64,000 nucleotides of DNA from an uncultured Acidiphilium sp. (GCA_902495325.1 CABUWK010000003.1:23645-87644); one strand, 5' to 3'; numbered from the stretch's first letter, positions 16,525 through 25,280 are shown. Notes: a model not told the origin generated them from the letters alone. Made by a program: numbers and translations.

Positions 16525-18362
16525 ATTTTCGCCTCTTTTATATTATTTTTTTTATTTCCGATAAATAAAACCGCCGCAAGTGCCGGAAATACCGGCGGAA
16601 CGACGCCGACCGACGATCTGCAGCCTCCCGGGGAAGCCGATCCGGAAGATCTGTCTTCGCTTGCCGTACCGGCGGGATCTCCTTCGCCCTTCACGGAGAT
16701 TGCGGCTTTTACGGTCCGCCGCAGTTCCTTCGGGGAGTTCTCGTCCTTTACGGTAAGCACGGCGTCGATCCCGTTTTCCGAACTCTCCCAGACAAACTGA
16801 ACCGCTTTTACTTCGATCGTTTCTCCGCCGAAAGTAACCGCTTTTATCGTAAACTCCGCATTTCCGAGATCCTCTTCTCGCCCGATCTCCAGAGACGGTT
16901 CCGGGATCGTTCTGATAAGATTTCCGAAATCGTCCGCATTGTTGTTGGTGATCCCGCTTATACCGATTGCCGCACAGAACGCGTCGTCGTAAGTCCATTG
17001 CCAGAGACCGTATCCTCTGTCCTTCAGATTGGAATTCGCAAATTTCGCATAGTTCAGCTGCGAAGAACAATCGAACGACATATTCCACGCGGTCGCCTTT
17101 TTCACATATCCGTCGAAGTTATCCGCGGTAACCGTTGCAAGCGTCGCGACGGGAAGTTCCGGGAAAACGTCGTGCATTTTAGCGATCTGCCCGTCTTCGC
17201 CGTCATAAAAACTGATGGCAAGCGTCTGCTTTTCGGCTTTATGCTTTTTGATTTCGGCGGCGATCAGAGCGCATGTCAGCGGATTTGTATCCTTTATCTC
17301 AATGACCGCAATCAGATCTTTGCCTTTGCAGTATTCCAGAACGTCGCCGAGAAAAGGGATCGCCGATTGTTTCCCCGTGACTTTTCCGTCGATATTTTTT
17401 ATCACCGAAAAAGCAGAAAGCTCGCTTTTTGTCATTTCGGAAATTTTCCCGCTGCCGTTCGTCGTTCTGTTTATCGTCGCATCGTGCATGACGGCAAGTT
17501 CGCCGTCTTTCGTCATCTGAACGTCGATTTCCACGTGGGTCGCGCCGCATTCGTAAGCGGCGGCGATCGCATCGATCGTATTTTCGTTCTCTGCCCGCGA
17601 AAGCCCCCTGTGCGCCACGTTATAATATGTTCTCGGAACGGAATACAACGGATATTTGCCGTAAACTTCCGTCAGCAACGAAAAGTTTTTGCATACGATC
17701 CCGTATGCGCCGGTCGTAACCGCCGCGGCAAAACCGTATTCGCTTTCGTTTCCGGCAACCGTCCATACGGTCGTAAACCGTGCCTGCAGATAGGCTGTCG
17801 TGTCCTCGTCCGATTGTTTTTCGGTTAAAACCACAATATTTCCGCCGCCTCTTCTCGCAGCCGCAAGATATTCGTAAGGCTCCGGAACATCTTTTTCCGT
17901 TGCATCGTAAATCGTTCTTACCCCGACGGTGTTTTCGCTCACGAACGCAAGCAGATCTTCGCTTTTGCTCATGACCGAAAGATCGGTCAGCTTTGCCCGG
18001 TTGATCTCGTTTGCGAGACCTTCGGCATCTCCCTTATCGTCCGTTTTCAGAATAAAAAGGATCCCGCTTTTATCGAGTGCGCTCTTTATGCTTCCGATGT
18101 CGCCGGCAACGTCGCCGCTTAAGTATTTTGCATTTCCTTCTCCGTATAAAAACACGGCGGAAGATGGTTTCACGGTCGCCTTTCTCATCTCGTCAAAGGA
18201 CTTTTCGTCTGCCGCTTCGGCAATCACCGACGGCGAAGCCATAAGTCCGGTATAGATTTCTTTTACGTCGGTATAGGCATCCGCTTTCATTCTTTCCGGA
18301 AAACCGGCAAACGCAAGAACGAATGCGGCGGCGGCAAGCAGAACGTTTTTCGGATGTTTCAT
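16521..18362 (-). CDS. Extracytoplasmic glycerophosphodiester phosphodiesterase (GDPD) domain protein with a C-terminal membrane anchor
   Basis: The ORF track extends to 18818, but that N-terminus overlaps the permease gene. The ATG at 18362 (MKHPKNVLLAAAAFVLAFAGF signal) overlaps the permease stop (ATGA 18359-18362). GDPD motifs: HRGLSRAENENT, ATHVEIDVQMTKDGELAVMHDATINRTTNGSG. The C-terminal TM is VVPPVFPALAAVLFIG. Confidence 0.85.
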   Translation of the reverse strand: MKHPKNVLLAAAAFVLAFAGFPERMKADAYTDVKEIYTGLMASPSVIAEAADEKSFDEMRKATVKPSSAVFLYGEGNAKYLSGDVAGDIGSIKSALDKSGILFILKTDDKGDAEGLANEINRAKLTDLSVMSKSEDLLAFVSENTVGVRTIYDATEKDVPEPYEYLAAARRGGGNIVVLTEKQSDEDTTAYLQARFTTVWTVAGNESEYGFAAAVTTGAYGIVCKNFSLLTEVYGKYPLYSVPRTYYNVAHRGLSRAENENTIDAIAAAYECGATHVEIDVQMTKDGELAVMHDATINRTTNGSGKISEMTKSELSAFSVIKNIDGKVTGKQSAIPFLGDVLEYCKGKDLIAVIEIKDTNPLTCALIAAEIKKHKAEKQTLAISFYDGEDGQIAKMHDVFPELPVATLATVTADNFDGYVKKATAWNMSFDCSSQLNYAKFANSNLKDRGYGLWQWTYDDAFCAAIGISGITNNNADDFGNLIRTIPEPSLEIGREEDLGNAEFTIKAVTFGGETIEVKAVQFVWESSENGIDAVLTVKDENSPKELRRTVKAAISVKGEGDPAGTASEDRSSGSASPGGCRSSVGVVPPVFPALAAVLFIGNKKNNIKEAKI

Positions 18363-19240
18363 CCCTTTACCGCTCCTATCGTGATTCCGTCTACGAAATA
18401 TTTCTGGATAACGGGGAAGATCGCAAGCAACGGAGCAATCGCTATCACGACCGCCGCGGATTTCGCCGAAAGCACGGGGGTAATGGCGGAAGACCCGTCC
18501 AGTCCGCCCGAAGTGCCGGAATTTTCGAGGATCTGTTTCAGCACAAACTGCAACGGACGAAGAGATTTGCTCCTTTCGCTCTGCCCTAAATATAACAGCG
18601 CGTCCATCCAGCTGTTCCACCTGTCCACGAACATAAAAAACGCAATGGTTAAAACCATGGGCACGGAAATAGGCAGGAATATTTTCACAAGCACCTGAAA
18701 ATCGTTTGCCCCGTCTATCATGGCGGCTTCTTCCAGCGCGGCGGGCAGCGAATAGAAGTAACTGCGCACCAGGATGATGTGGTAAAGGCTGAACATTCCC
18801 GGAATGATCAGCGCCCACATGGTATCGTAAAGACCGATATTTCTGATCACAAGATACAGAGGAATGGTCCCGCCCGCAAAAAACATGGTTATCATATAAA
18901 AGATATTCAGCCCTTTTATTCCGACGACGTATTTTTTACTGAGCGCGTAAGCCGTTATGAGCGATACCGTTACGGACAAAACCGTGCCGGACACCGAAAT
19001 GATCAGCGAATTCAGAATCGCGCGCAGAATGTTATATTCGTCCGCCGAAAATATGTACTTGTACCCCGCCGTGGAAAAAGCCGCGGGAAACAGTTTATAA
19101 CCGTTTACGCGGAGAGAGATCTCTTCGGTAAACGAACTGATGATCATCATCCAGAACGGCAGAATGAAGGTGATGCAAAGCAGAATGATGATCAGCGCGT
19201 TAAAAATATCGAAAACTCTGTCGCCTTTATACTTTTTCAT
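18359..19240 (-). CDS. Carbohydrate ABC transporter permease (LplC-like)
   Basis: The membrane ORF contains the EAA-type loop ALEEAAMIDGANDFQVLVKIFLP. I chose the start at 19240 (MKKYKGD) because GGGAGAG lies about 7 nt upstream. The ORF-track start at 19267 is also possible. Confidence 0.88.
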   Translation of the reverse strand: MKKYKGDRVFDIFNALIIILLCITFILPFWMMIISSFTEEISLRVNGYKLFPAAFSTAGYKYIFSADEYNILRAILNSLIISVSGTVLSVTVSLITAYALSKKYVVGIKGLNIFYMITMFFAGGTIPLYLVIRNIGLYDTMWALIIPGMFSLYHIILVRSYFYSLPAALEEAAMIDGANDFQVLVKIFLPISVPMVLTIAFFMFVDRWNSWMDALLYLGQSERSKSLRPLQFVLKQILENSGTSGGLDGSSAITPVLSAKSAAVVIAIAPLLAIFPVIQKYFVDGITIGAVKG

Positions 19241-20024
19241 TTTCATTCTCTCCCGTATTTTCAACAAGGTAATGATACGCGGTACCTATCAGCGCAACGT
19301 CGTTGAACTCGCGCGGATAAGCCGAAACGATCGAATGAATCCCGGAAATCAGATATTCGGCGGTAAGCATGTACCCCGACGGATTCATATGTCCGTTAAA
19401 ATAATTCTTCGTTTTGAATCCGGAATCGTAAACGGGCGCATATTCGTTAAGGTCGATCACGTAACAGTTATCGATCGCTTCGCTGAAGGCGTACATAAGC
19501 TGTGCGTGCCGTCTTTTAAGACCGGCGCGTTTTTCGTCGTCGCTCTCCTCTTTCGGCATCGTGACAAAGAAAAATTTCGCATGAGGTTCTATCTTTTTAT
19601 ACCTCGTTACCACATCGGAAAAATATCTGGCGAACGTGTCCGCGTCGCTGCCGATATCGCCCGCATCGCCGACTTCCTGTCCCATGTTCATAAGATCGTT
19701 GATTCCGAGCGCAACGATATATGCCTGGCACTTTTTCTCTTCGTCGAAACAGCCGTTCTGCTCTCCCCAGCCCTCGATAAACTGTTTTGCGGACATTCCC
19801 CCGCGGGAGAAATTATAAACCTTTGCCCCCGTAATTCTCGCAAGAAATTGCCCCCAGGAATATTCGTAAAGATCGAGATAGTGTCCTTCTCCGTTTCTGA
19901 CAATTTCTATTTCACCCGACGCGAGAGAATCTCCCACGCATGCGATTCTTCTGAATATCGCGCAGCTTCCTCCGCCGTAAGGCTTCCGGAAAAGCGGATC
20001 TTTGATACCGAGTTCCTTTTTCAT
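19227..20024 (-). CDS. SGNH/GDSL hydrolase (carbohydrate esterase-like)
   Basis: Block I is IACVGDSLASGE, block III is ALGINDL, and there is no signal peptide. The start at 20024 (MKKELGI, GGTGA RBS) avoids overlap with the upstream permease. The ORF-track start at 20072 is the alternative. Confidence 0.8.
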   Translation of the reverse strand: MKKELGIKDPLFRKPYGGGSCAIFRRIACVGDSLASGEIEIVRNGEGHYLDLYEYSWGQFLARITGAKVYNFSRGGMSAKQFIEGWGEQNGCFDEEKKCQAYIVALGINDLMNMGQEVGDAGDIGSDADTFARYFSDVVTRYKKIEPHAKFFFVTMPKEESDDEKRAGLKRRHAQLMYAFSEAIDNCYVIDLNEYAPVYDSGFKTKNYFNGHMNPSGYMLTAEYLISGIHSIVSAYPREFNDVALIGTAYHYLVENTGENENEKV

Positions 20025-20037
20025 CCCGTTCACCGCC

Positions 20038-21972
20038 TTATAAAACGCCTTCGTTATCGGTTTTCTTTGCAATGTTGTTCGTTACGATAACGAGCACAAG
20101 ACCTATCATCCCCTGTATGAGCCCGAACGCGGTAGCCATCGCATAACCGGAACCGCCCATAACCGCCGAGTAAGCCATCGATCCGACGATGTAAGTCGAA
20201 TTGCTCAGATACTGGCTTCCGTTTGTCAGTGCGAGCACCTGTTCGTAGTTATCTCTTATCAGGTTGCCCGCATCCATGATAAGCTGAAGCATGATCACGT
20301 TTGCGATCCCCGGAATAGTGACGGTTATAATCTTTCTGAACCTTCCGCCGCCGTCGATACTGCAGGCGTCGTACAGTTCGGAGTTGATGCAACCGAGTGC
20401 GGACATGTAGATTATGGTTCCCCATCCGAGCGACTTCCACATCGACGAAAGCGCCAGAAATATCCACCAGACGGTCGTGTTTTCGCTGTACCAGTCTTTC
20501 ACGTAAGCCTGACCTTTAAAAAGAGAAATGATCCTGTTGAGAAGACCGCCGTCCATCGCGAAAATCGAAAGCGCCATACCGCCGACCGCGATCCAGGAAA
20601 TAAAGTTCGGCAGATAGGATATCGTTCTTATCACCGACTTCGCCTTGCCGGAATGCACTTCGTTGATCATCAGCGCGAAGATAAGAATCGCGGGGAAGTT
20701 TGTGGCGACCCTGATCAGCGAAATGTAGATCGTATTTCTGAAGACCAGGAATACGTTTTCGTCCGCACCCGTCACGATGTGCCTGAAATATTTTAACCCG
20801 ACCCATTCGCTGCCGGCAAAACCGTCGGTCAGCGTGAAGTCCTTGAAGGCGATAAACACGCCGAACATAGGTACATAACAGAACGTAACCACGAGGATCG
20901 CGCTCGGAATCAGCATAAAATATATCATTTTGTGCCGTTTCATTTTCGCGAACTTCTCACCGCGGAAAAAATTCTTTACCCTGCCCGTCGCCAGGGCAAA
21001 AACAAACAGAGCCGCAAGCGCGACGCCAAGCCCGGCAAGACATCCGATCAGAATGTAGTTCGGAAAGTTTTTATAAGCGAAGTAGCCGAGCATATAATCG
21101 ATTTCCGCTCTCTCGATCACTTCCTTCTTCAAGGGTTTTCCGTCTTCGTAAACGATCTTGCCGCTTTCGTCCGTAACGTAATCGTAACCGACGACGTTTG
21201 CGGTCGTTCTGAACGAAGTTATTTCTATTTTGTTTTTCCCGACGACCTTCATCCCGTGCGACGACGTATAGGTTATCCTGCCCGGAACTTCGAGAACGAT
21301 CTTATCCAGAAAACCGACCCCCGCAAGACGGAACAATCCGAAATATTCTTTTCCGGATGCGGCGGAAGCCGCTTCCGCAAATTCTTCCACGCCGACCGTT
21401 TTCCCGGAAGACACTTCCACGGGAAGTATTTTCACATCGGGATTTTTTATCATTTTATACTGTCCTATCGGCAGCGAACCTTTCACTTTCATGACCGACT
21501 TTACGAGATAACCGTCGGCAATATCGGCAAGTTCGGTATAAGTCGAGCTCGTCGCGCTTGCGTAAGCGGAGAATTTATCCCACGCGAACCAGTTCCATGC
21601 GCTCGTAAGTCTCGCGCTCAGTCTTCTCGTTCCGATACCGACTTTATAGGCGGTTCCCTCTTCTCTGATATATTTAAGGTCAAGGGTATCGCTGTCGGCA
21701 GAGTTGTTGATCAGTATTTTAACGCTTTCCTTTACGAAAGTCGAGAAATCGTCGAAATCGCCGAGATATCCGGGCAATCTGTCCTTCTGGATCACCATAT
21801 CGATTTCCGCCCTGCCCGACTTGTCGAGTTTCGCTTTGGCGTAAGACCCGGTTTCCGTATCGCCGGCGGCTTTCGCCGTTGCCGGTACGGCAAGTGCCAT
21901 CGAAAAACACAAAACGATAAGCACGGCAAGCACCGCCGCGATATATCCCGTCAAATTTCTCGTCTTTCTCAT
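20038..21972 (-). CDS. ABC transporter permease (LplB-like) fused to an N-terminal TM plus an extracytoplasmic domain of about 290 aa
   Basis: The start at 21972 (MRKTRNLTGYIAAVLAVLIVLCF) is preceded by AAAGGTGA. Residues ~1-350 are TM, soluble domain, TM. From MIYFMLIPSAILVVTFCYVPMFGVFIAFKDF onward it is a canonical 6-TM permease (EAA loop ELYDACSIDGGGRFRKIITVTIP). Confidence 0.85.
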   Translation of the reverse strand: MRKTRNLTGYIAAVLAVLIVLCFSMALAVPATAKAAGDTETGSYAKAKLDKSGRAEIDMVIQKDRLPGYLGDFDDFSTFVKESVKILINNSADSDTLDLKYIREEGTAYKVGIGTRRLSARLTSAWNWFAWDKFSAYASATSSTYTELADIADGYLVKSVMKVKGSLPIGQYKMIKNPDVKILPVEVSSGKTVGVEEFAEAASAASGKEYFGLFRLAGVGFLDKIVLEVPGRITYTSSHGMKVVGKNKIEITSFRTTANVVGYDYVTDESGKIVYEDGKPLKKEVIERAEIDYMLGYFAYKNFPNYILIGCLAGLGVALAALFVFALATGRVKNFFRGEKFAKMKRHKMIYFMLIPSAILVVTFCYVPMFGVFIAFKDFTLTDGFAGSEWVGLKYFRHIVTGADENVFLVFRNTIYISLIRVATNFPAILIFALMINEVHSGKAKSVIRTISYLPNFISWIAVGGMALSIFAMDGGLLNRIISLFKGQAYVKDWYSENTTVWWIFLALSSMWKSLGWGTIIYMSALGCINSELYDACSIDGGGRFRKIITVTIPGIANVIMLQLIMDAGNLIRDNYEQVLALTNGSQYLSNSTYIVGSMAYSAVMGGSGYAMATAFGLIQGMIGLVLVIVTNNIAKKTDNEGVL

Positions 21973-22096
21973 ATTTTCACCTTTCGGGGGCACTTCTTCG
22001 CTTTTCCGGCGAAGAGCGGAGAAATCCGCCCGCCCGTTCCGCATTCGTACACAGGAAACCGCACAAAACGTTTTTCTGCAACTTTTTTACTATTTT

Positions 22097-22125
22097 ATTA
22101 TAACGCGCACATGGTGAATTGTCTT
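22097..22125 (-). promoter_or_regulatory. Candidate promoter of the long glycan operon (weak -35, probably activator-dependent)
   Basis: The minus strand reads AAGACA-17 nt-TATAAT (-10 at 22097-22102, -35 at 22120-22125), about 125 nt upstream of the ATG at 21972. Confidence 0.3.
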
Positions 22126-22289
22126 TCTTTTTTTTATCAACAAACTGTGAATTATTGACTATTTCCCGACTGTTTCATGAAAATAAACGGCAGACTTATC
22201 CCGTTTTTACGGCTGCAAATTGGCATTTTTTGATTGCAACGCTTATTATATAAGTTAAAATTTAACAATCCCCGTTTTTTGATTTTCTC

Positions 22290-22318
22290 TTGACAAAGGG
22301 GCATTATAGTATTATAAT
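22290..22318 (+). promoter_or_regulatory. Sigma-A type promoter of the AraC regulator gene
   Basis: Perfect consensus TTGACA (22290-22295), 17-nt spacer, TATAAT (22313-22318), 31 nt before the ATG at 22350. Confidence 0.7.
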
Positions 22319-22349
22319 CGTTATATGATAAGTTTTCGGAGAATTTTGA

Positions 22350-23246
22350 ATGTCAAAAAATACAAACTATCCCATTTATAATTTTAATTTGATCGACGGG
22401 CTCTATACGAATTTAATTTTTAACCACAATATCGAGCGTCATTGCCACATTTTCTGGGAGATCACGGTATCTCTGAAAGGCGAATACGTAAATCATTTCG
22501 ACAGCGGCGACATGCTGCTGAAAGCGTGCAGTTTAACGATTATCCGTCCTTCCGACATTCATTACGTCAATATAAAAGAAACTTCGGCTGTATACCGGGA
22601 CATCTACGTTTCCGACGAAAAAATGCGCCGTTTTTCGGAAGTGATACACGAAGGATTATACGACGAATTGTTGCAAAGCCCCACTCCGATCACCTGCGTG
22701 ATAGATAAGGCGCATATGGATTCGATCGAAGCAACCGCCACGAAAATCACGAACTTAAAGGGCAGCCTGAGCAAAAACGAAATAACGATCCTTCACAATT
22801 GCCTGGTATCGGAAGCGCTTTCCGCCTATGCGGAAACGAGATATTATCCGGGCAAACAGACGCCGGACTGGATTCTCGATATGCTTTCGAAACTGAATCT
22901 GCACACCTCGTCGGAATTAGATCCCCCTATTTCGTCGCTGCCGGACCTTATCGAACAAATCGGTTACAGCCACGGGCATATCTGCAGAAAATTCAAGGAA
23001 TATTTCGGATGCACGCTAATCCAGTACATAAACCGTCAGAAAATGGCATATTCAACCACTCTGCTGTTAAACACGAATTTATCCGTTTCGGATATCGCTC
23101 AGACACTCGGTTATTCAAATCAGAGCAACTACATAAACTCTTTCAAAAAGGAATACGGGATGTCCCCGCTGAACTGGCGTAAAAACAATCTGAAGCTCGT
23201 TCATCCCGCCGACCCGCCGTCGGACCGCAACAAAGACGAGACATAA
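22350..23246 (+). CDS. AraC/XylS-family transcriptional regulator
   Basis: 298-aa ORF. The C-terminal double HTH (SDIAQTLGYSNQSNYINSFKKEYGMSPLNWR) is typical of AraC. It is divergent from the glycan operon. Confidence 0.9.
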   Translation: MSKNTNYPIYNFNLIDGLYTNLIFNHNIERHCHIFWEITVSLKGEYVNHFDSGDMLLKACSLTIIRPSDIHYVNIKETSAVYRDIYVSDEKMRRFSEVIHEGLYDELLQSPTPITCVIDKAHMDSIEATATKITNLKGSLSKNEITILHNCLVSEALSAYAETRYYPGKQTPDWILDMLSKLNLHTSSELDPPISSLPDLIEQIGYSHGHICRKFKEYFGCTLIQYINRQKMAYSTTLLLNTNLSVSDIAQTLGYSNQSNYINSFKKEYGMSPLNWRKNNLKLVHPADPPSDRNKDET

Positions 23247-23250
23247 AAAA

Positions 23251-23284
23251 TCTGCCCCGGAAAATTTTCCGGGGCAGATTTTTT
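23251..23284. terminator. Bidirectional intrinsic terminator
   Basis: TCTGCCCCGG-AAAATTTT-CCGGGGCAGA (23251-23278), flanked by AAAAAA upstream and TTTTTT downstream. It lies between the convergent AraC and CMD genes. Confidence 0.8.
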
Positions 23285-23314
23285 GCCGCTGTCTATAAAG
23301 CCAGGCATTCGCCG

Positions 23315-23638
23315 TCACTCTTTTGTATAAACTTCTTTTGCCATGCGGAAAGCCGCCCATGCGTTCGGCCAGCCGGCATAAAACGCGAGCTGCGTTAAAA
23401 TTCCCGCCATTTCGCTTTGCGTCACTCCGTTTTTCTTTGCCGATTCCAGATGATATTTTAAAGAGGAATCGGTGATCCCTTTTCCGATCAGAGCCGAGAT
23501 CGTAACGATCGAGCGCAGTTTCAGGGGAAGTTCTTCCTCTCTCGCCCAGACTTCGCCGAAAAGCACGTCGTCGTTCAGTTCGGCAAACTTCGGCGCGAAT
23601 TCTCCGAGCGCGTCTCTCCCCGCGGTTTGTTTTTTCAT
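23315..23638 (-). CDS. Carboxymuconolactone decarboxylase (CMD/AhpD-like) family protein
   Basis: 107 aa from MKKQTAGRDALGEFAPKF. LRSIVTISALIGKG and LTQLAFYAGWPNAW are typical CMD-family segments. The start overlaps the cupin stop (ATGA 23635-23638). Confidence 0.8.
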   Translation of the reverse strand: MKKQTAGRDALGEFAPKFAELNDDVLFGEVWAREEELPLKLRSIVTISALIGKGITDSSLKYHLESAKKNGVTQSEMAGILTQLAFYAGWPNAWAAFRMAKEVYTKE

Positions 23639-24076
23639 CTTTCTACCCTCCCCGGCAATTTGTCGTATTCTTCGTCCGTCACCGGTTCGCACCATTCCGT
23701 GCGGCAGTCCTTTCCCGGCACTTCGACGGCAATGTGCGAAAACCACGAATCCGCCTTCGCTCCGTGCCAGTGTTTTACGTTTGCGGGGATCGCGACCACC
23801 GAACCCGCTTTTAAAGAAACGGGATCTTTTCCTTCCTCGCAATACCATCCTTCGCCCGCGATGCAGATCAGGATCTGACCGCCCCCCTTCGGACGCATGA
23901 TGAATGTGCCAGTTGTTTCTGCACTTCGGTTCAAACGTAACGTTTGCGAGAAACAACCCGCATTCCGGATCGGTCAAAGGGTTCAGGAAAGAAGTCCCGA
24001 TAAAATATTTCGCGTAAGCGGTGTTTTCTTCGCCCTTTCCGAAAACGTTCTTTTCGTTAAATTCTTTTTCTTCCAT
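23635..24076 (-). pseudogene. Cupin-domain protein interrupted by a +1 frameshift in a G6 run (C6 on the plus strand, 23882-23887)
   Basis: The N-terminal frame reads MEEKEFNEKNVFGKGEENTAYAKYF...NNWHIHHASEGG. The continuation GGQILICIAGEGWY...AIPANVKHWHG is in another frame. Removing one G restores HIHHASEGGGQILICIAGEG, which carries cupin motifs 1 and 2. RBS GGGGAGAG lies before the ATG at 24076. Confidence 0.75.
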
Positions 24077-24215
24077 TGATTCTCTCCCCGCGACCGCCCT
24101 TCGGGCGAACGCTCTTATCCGGACGATCCGGGCGTTTCCGGTGTTTTCCGGCACTTTCCGGAACGGACGTTCCGCCCGCGCCCCGATCTCCGCTTTTATT
24201 TTATCACAAAATTTG

Positions 24216-24244
24216 TTGACTGTGAATCGACTATTTGTTATAAT
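24216..24244 (+). promoter_or_regulatory. Sigma-A type promoter of the LysR regulator gene
   Basis: TTGACT (24216-24221), 17 nt, TATAAT (24239-24244), with TG at the extended -10 position (TGTTATAAT). Confidence 0.6.
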
Positions 24245-24327
24245 GGTATCAACCGTTTGTTTACACTGTCCGGTTCCGCCGGCTTTCCGTCCGGCAGGAT
24301 CCCGTTCGATACGGGGAGGAAAATTTT

Positions 24328-25224
24328 ATGTACGACCGTTTGCTCGACAGTTTTATCGCCGTGGTGAACAGCGGCAGTTTCACCAAAGCCGCAGACACCC
24401 TTTACGTGTCCCCCACGGGCATTATGAAACAGATCAACGCACTGGAAACAAGGCTCGGGATAAAACTGCTCGTCCGCACCTCTTCCGGGGTGAAACCGAC
24501 GCCCGCCGGGGAAAAAATTTACCGCAGCGCGAAGTTTATGATCGACTATTCGGAAAAAGCCGTTCTCGAAGCCAAAGCGGAAGAAGCCCGCTACGAAACG
24601 ACCTTCTGCGTGGGCACTTCTCTTCTGAACCCGGCAAAGCCTTTTATGGATCTGTGGTATCGCGTGAATGCGGATTTCGCCGACTATAAACTTCACCTCG
24701 TTCCCTTTGAGGATGCGCACGAAGGCATTTTATCCGAAATAGCAAAACTCGGCGAAAAATTCGATTTTCTCATCGGCGTGTGCGACTCCCGCGCATGGTT
24801 GTCTCTGTGCTGTTTTTTCAAACTCGGAACCTATAAAAAAATGATCGCCGTGCCCCGCAATCACAGGCTTGCCGGGAAAAGCGTGATTTCCCTCGACGAT
24901 CTTCGCGGAGAAACTCTGATGATGGTAAAGCGCGTCGATTCCGGCGTGAACGACGCCATCCGGAACGATCTCGAAACCAACCATCCGGAAATCGCCATCG
25001 AAGATACCTCGCAGTTTTACGACCTTTCCGTTTTTAACCGTTGTGCGGAAACGGGAAACGTTCTTCTGACCGTGGAATGCTGGAAGGACGTTCATCCCGG
25101 GCTCGTCACCATTCCCGTCGACTGGAATTACGAAATTCCTTACGGTATTCTGTACGCGAACGATTCCCCTGCAGACGTCCTCGATTTTATCGGGCATGTG
25201 GATAAATTGCTGCATTCCGACTGA
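24328..25224 (+). CDS. LysR-family transcriptional regulator
   Basis: The N-terminal HTH FIAVVNSGSFTKAADTLYVSPTGIMKQINALETRLGIKLLVRTSSGVKPTPAG is classic LysR. It is divergent from the cupin/CMD pair. Confidence 0.9.
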   Translation: MYDRLLDSFIAVVNSGSFTKAADTLYVSPTGIMKQINALETRLGIKLLVRTSSGVKPTPAGEKIYRSAKFMIDYSEKAVLEAKAEEARYETTFCVGTSLLNPAKPFMDLWYRVNADFADYKLHLVPFEDAHEGILSEIAKLGEKFDFLIGVCDSRAWLSLCCFFKLGTYKKMIAVPRNHRLAGKSVISLDDLRGETLMMVKRVDSGVNDAIRNDLETNHPEIAIEDTSQFYDLSVFNRCAETGNVLLTVECWKDVHPGLVTIPVDWNYEIPYGILYANDSPADVLDFIGHVDKLLHSD

Positions 25225-25280
25225 AATTCAGACAGGAGGTCTTTGCCGTTTTCTGCTGCGCCCTTGTATTTACAAAGCAA

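Noticed and set aside
18363-18818. N-terminal 152 aa of the 765-aa ORF 16521..18818
   Set aside because: This part overlaps the C-terminus of the well-supported ABC permease in another frame and reads as Arg/His-rich junk. The real start is the ATG at 18362, followed by a signal peptide.
23315-24154. A single 279-aa ORF spanning the cupin N-terminus and the CMD gene
   Set aside because: It is a chimera. The N-terminus is cupin, the middle is an out-of-frame read-through (RSDPDLHRGRRMVLRGRKRSRFF...), and the C-terminus is the separate CMD-family gene. It is better explained as a frameshifted cupin plus an independent CMD gene.
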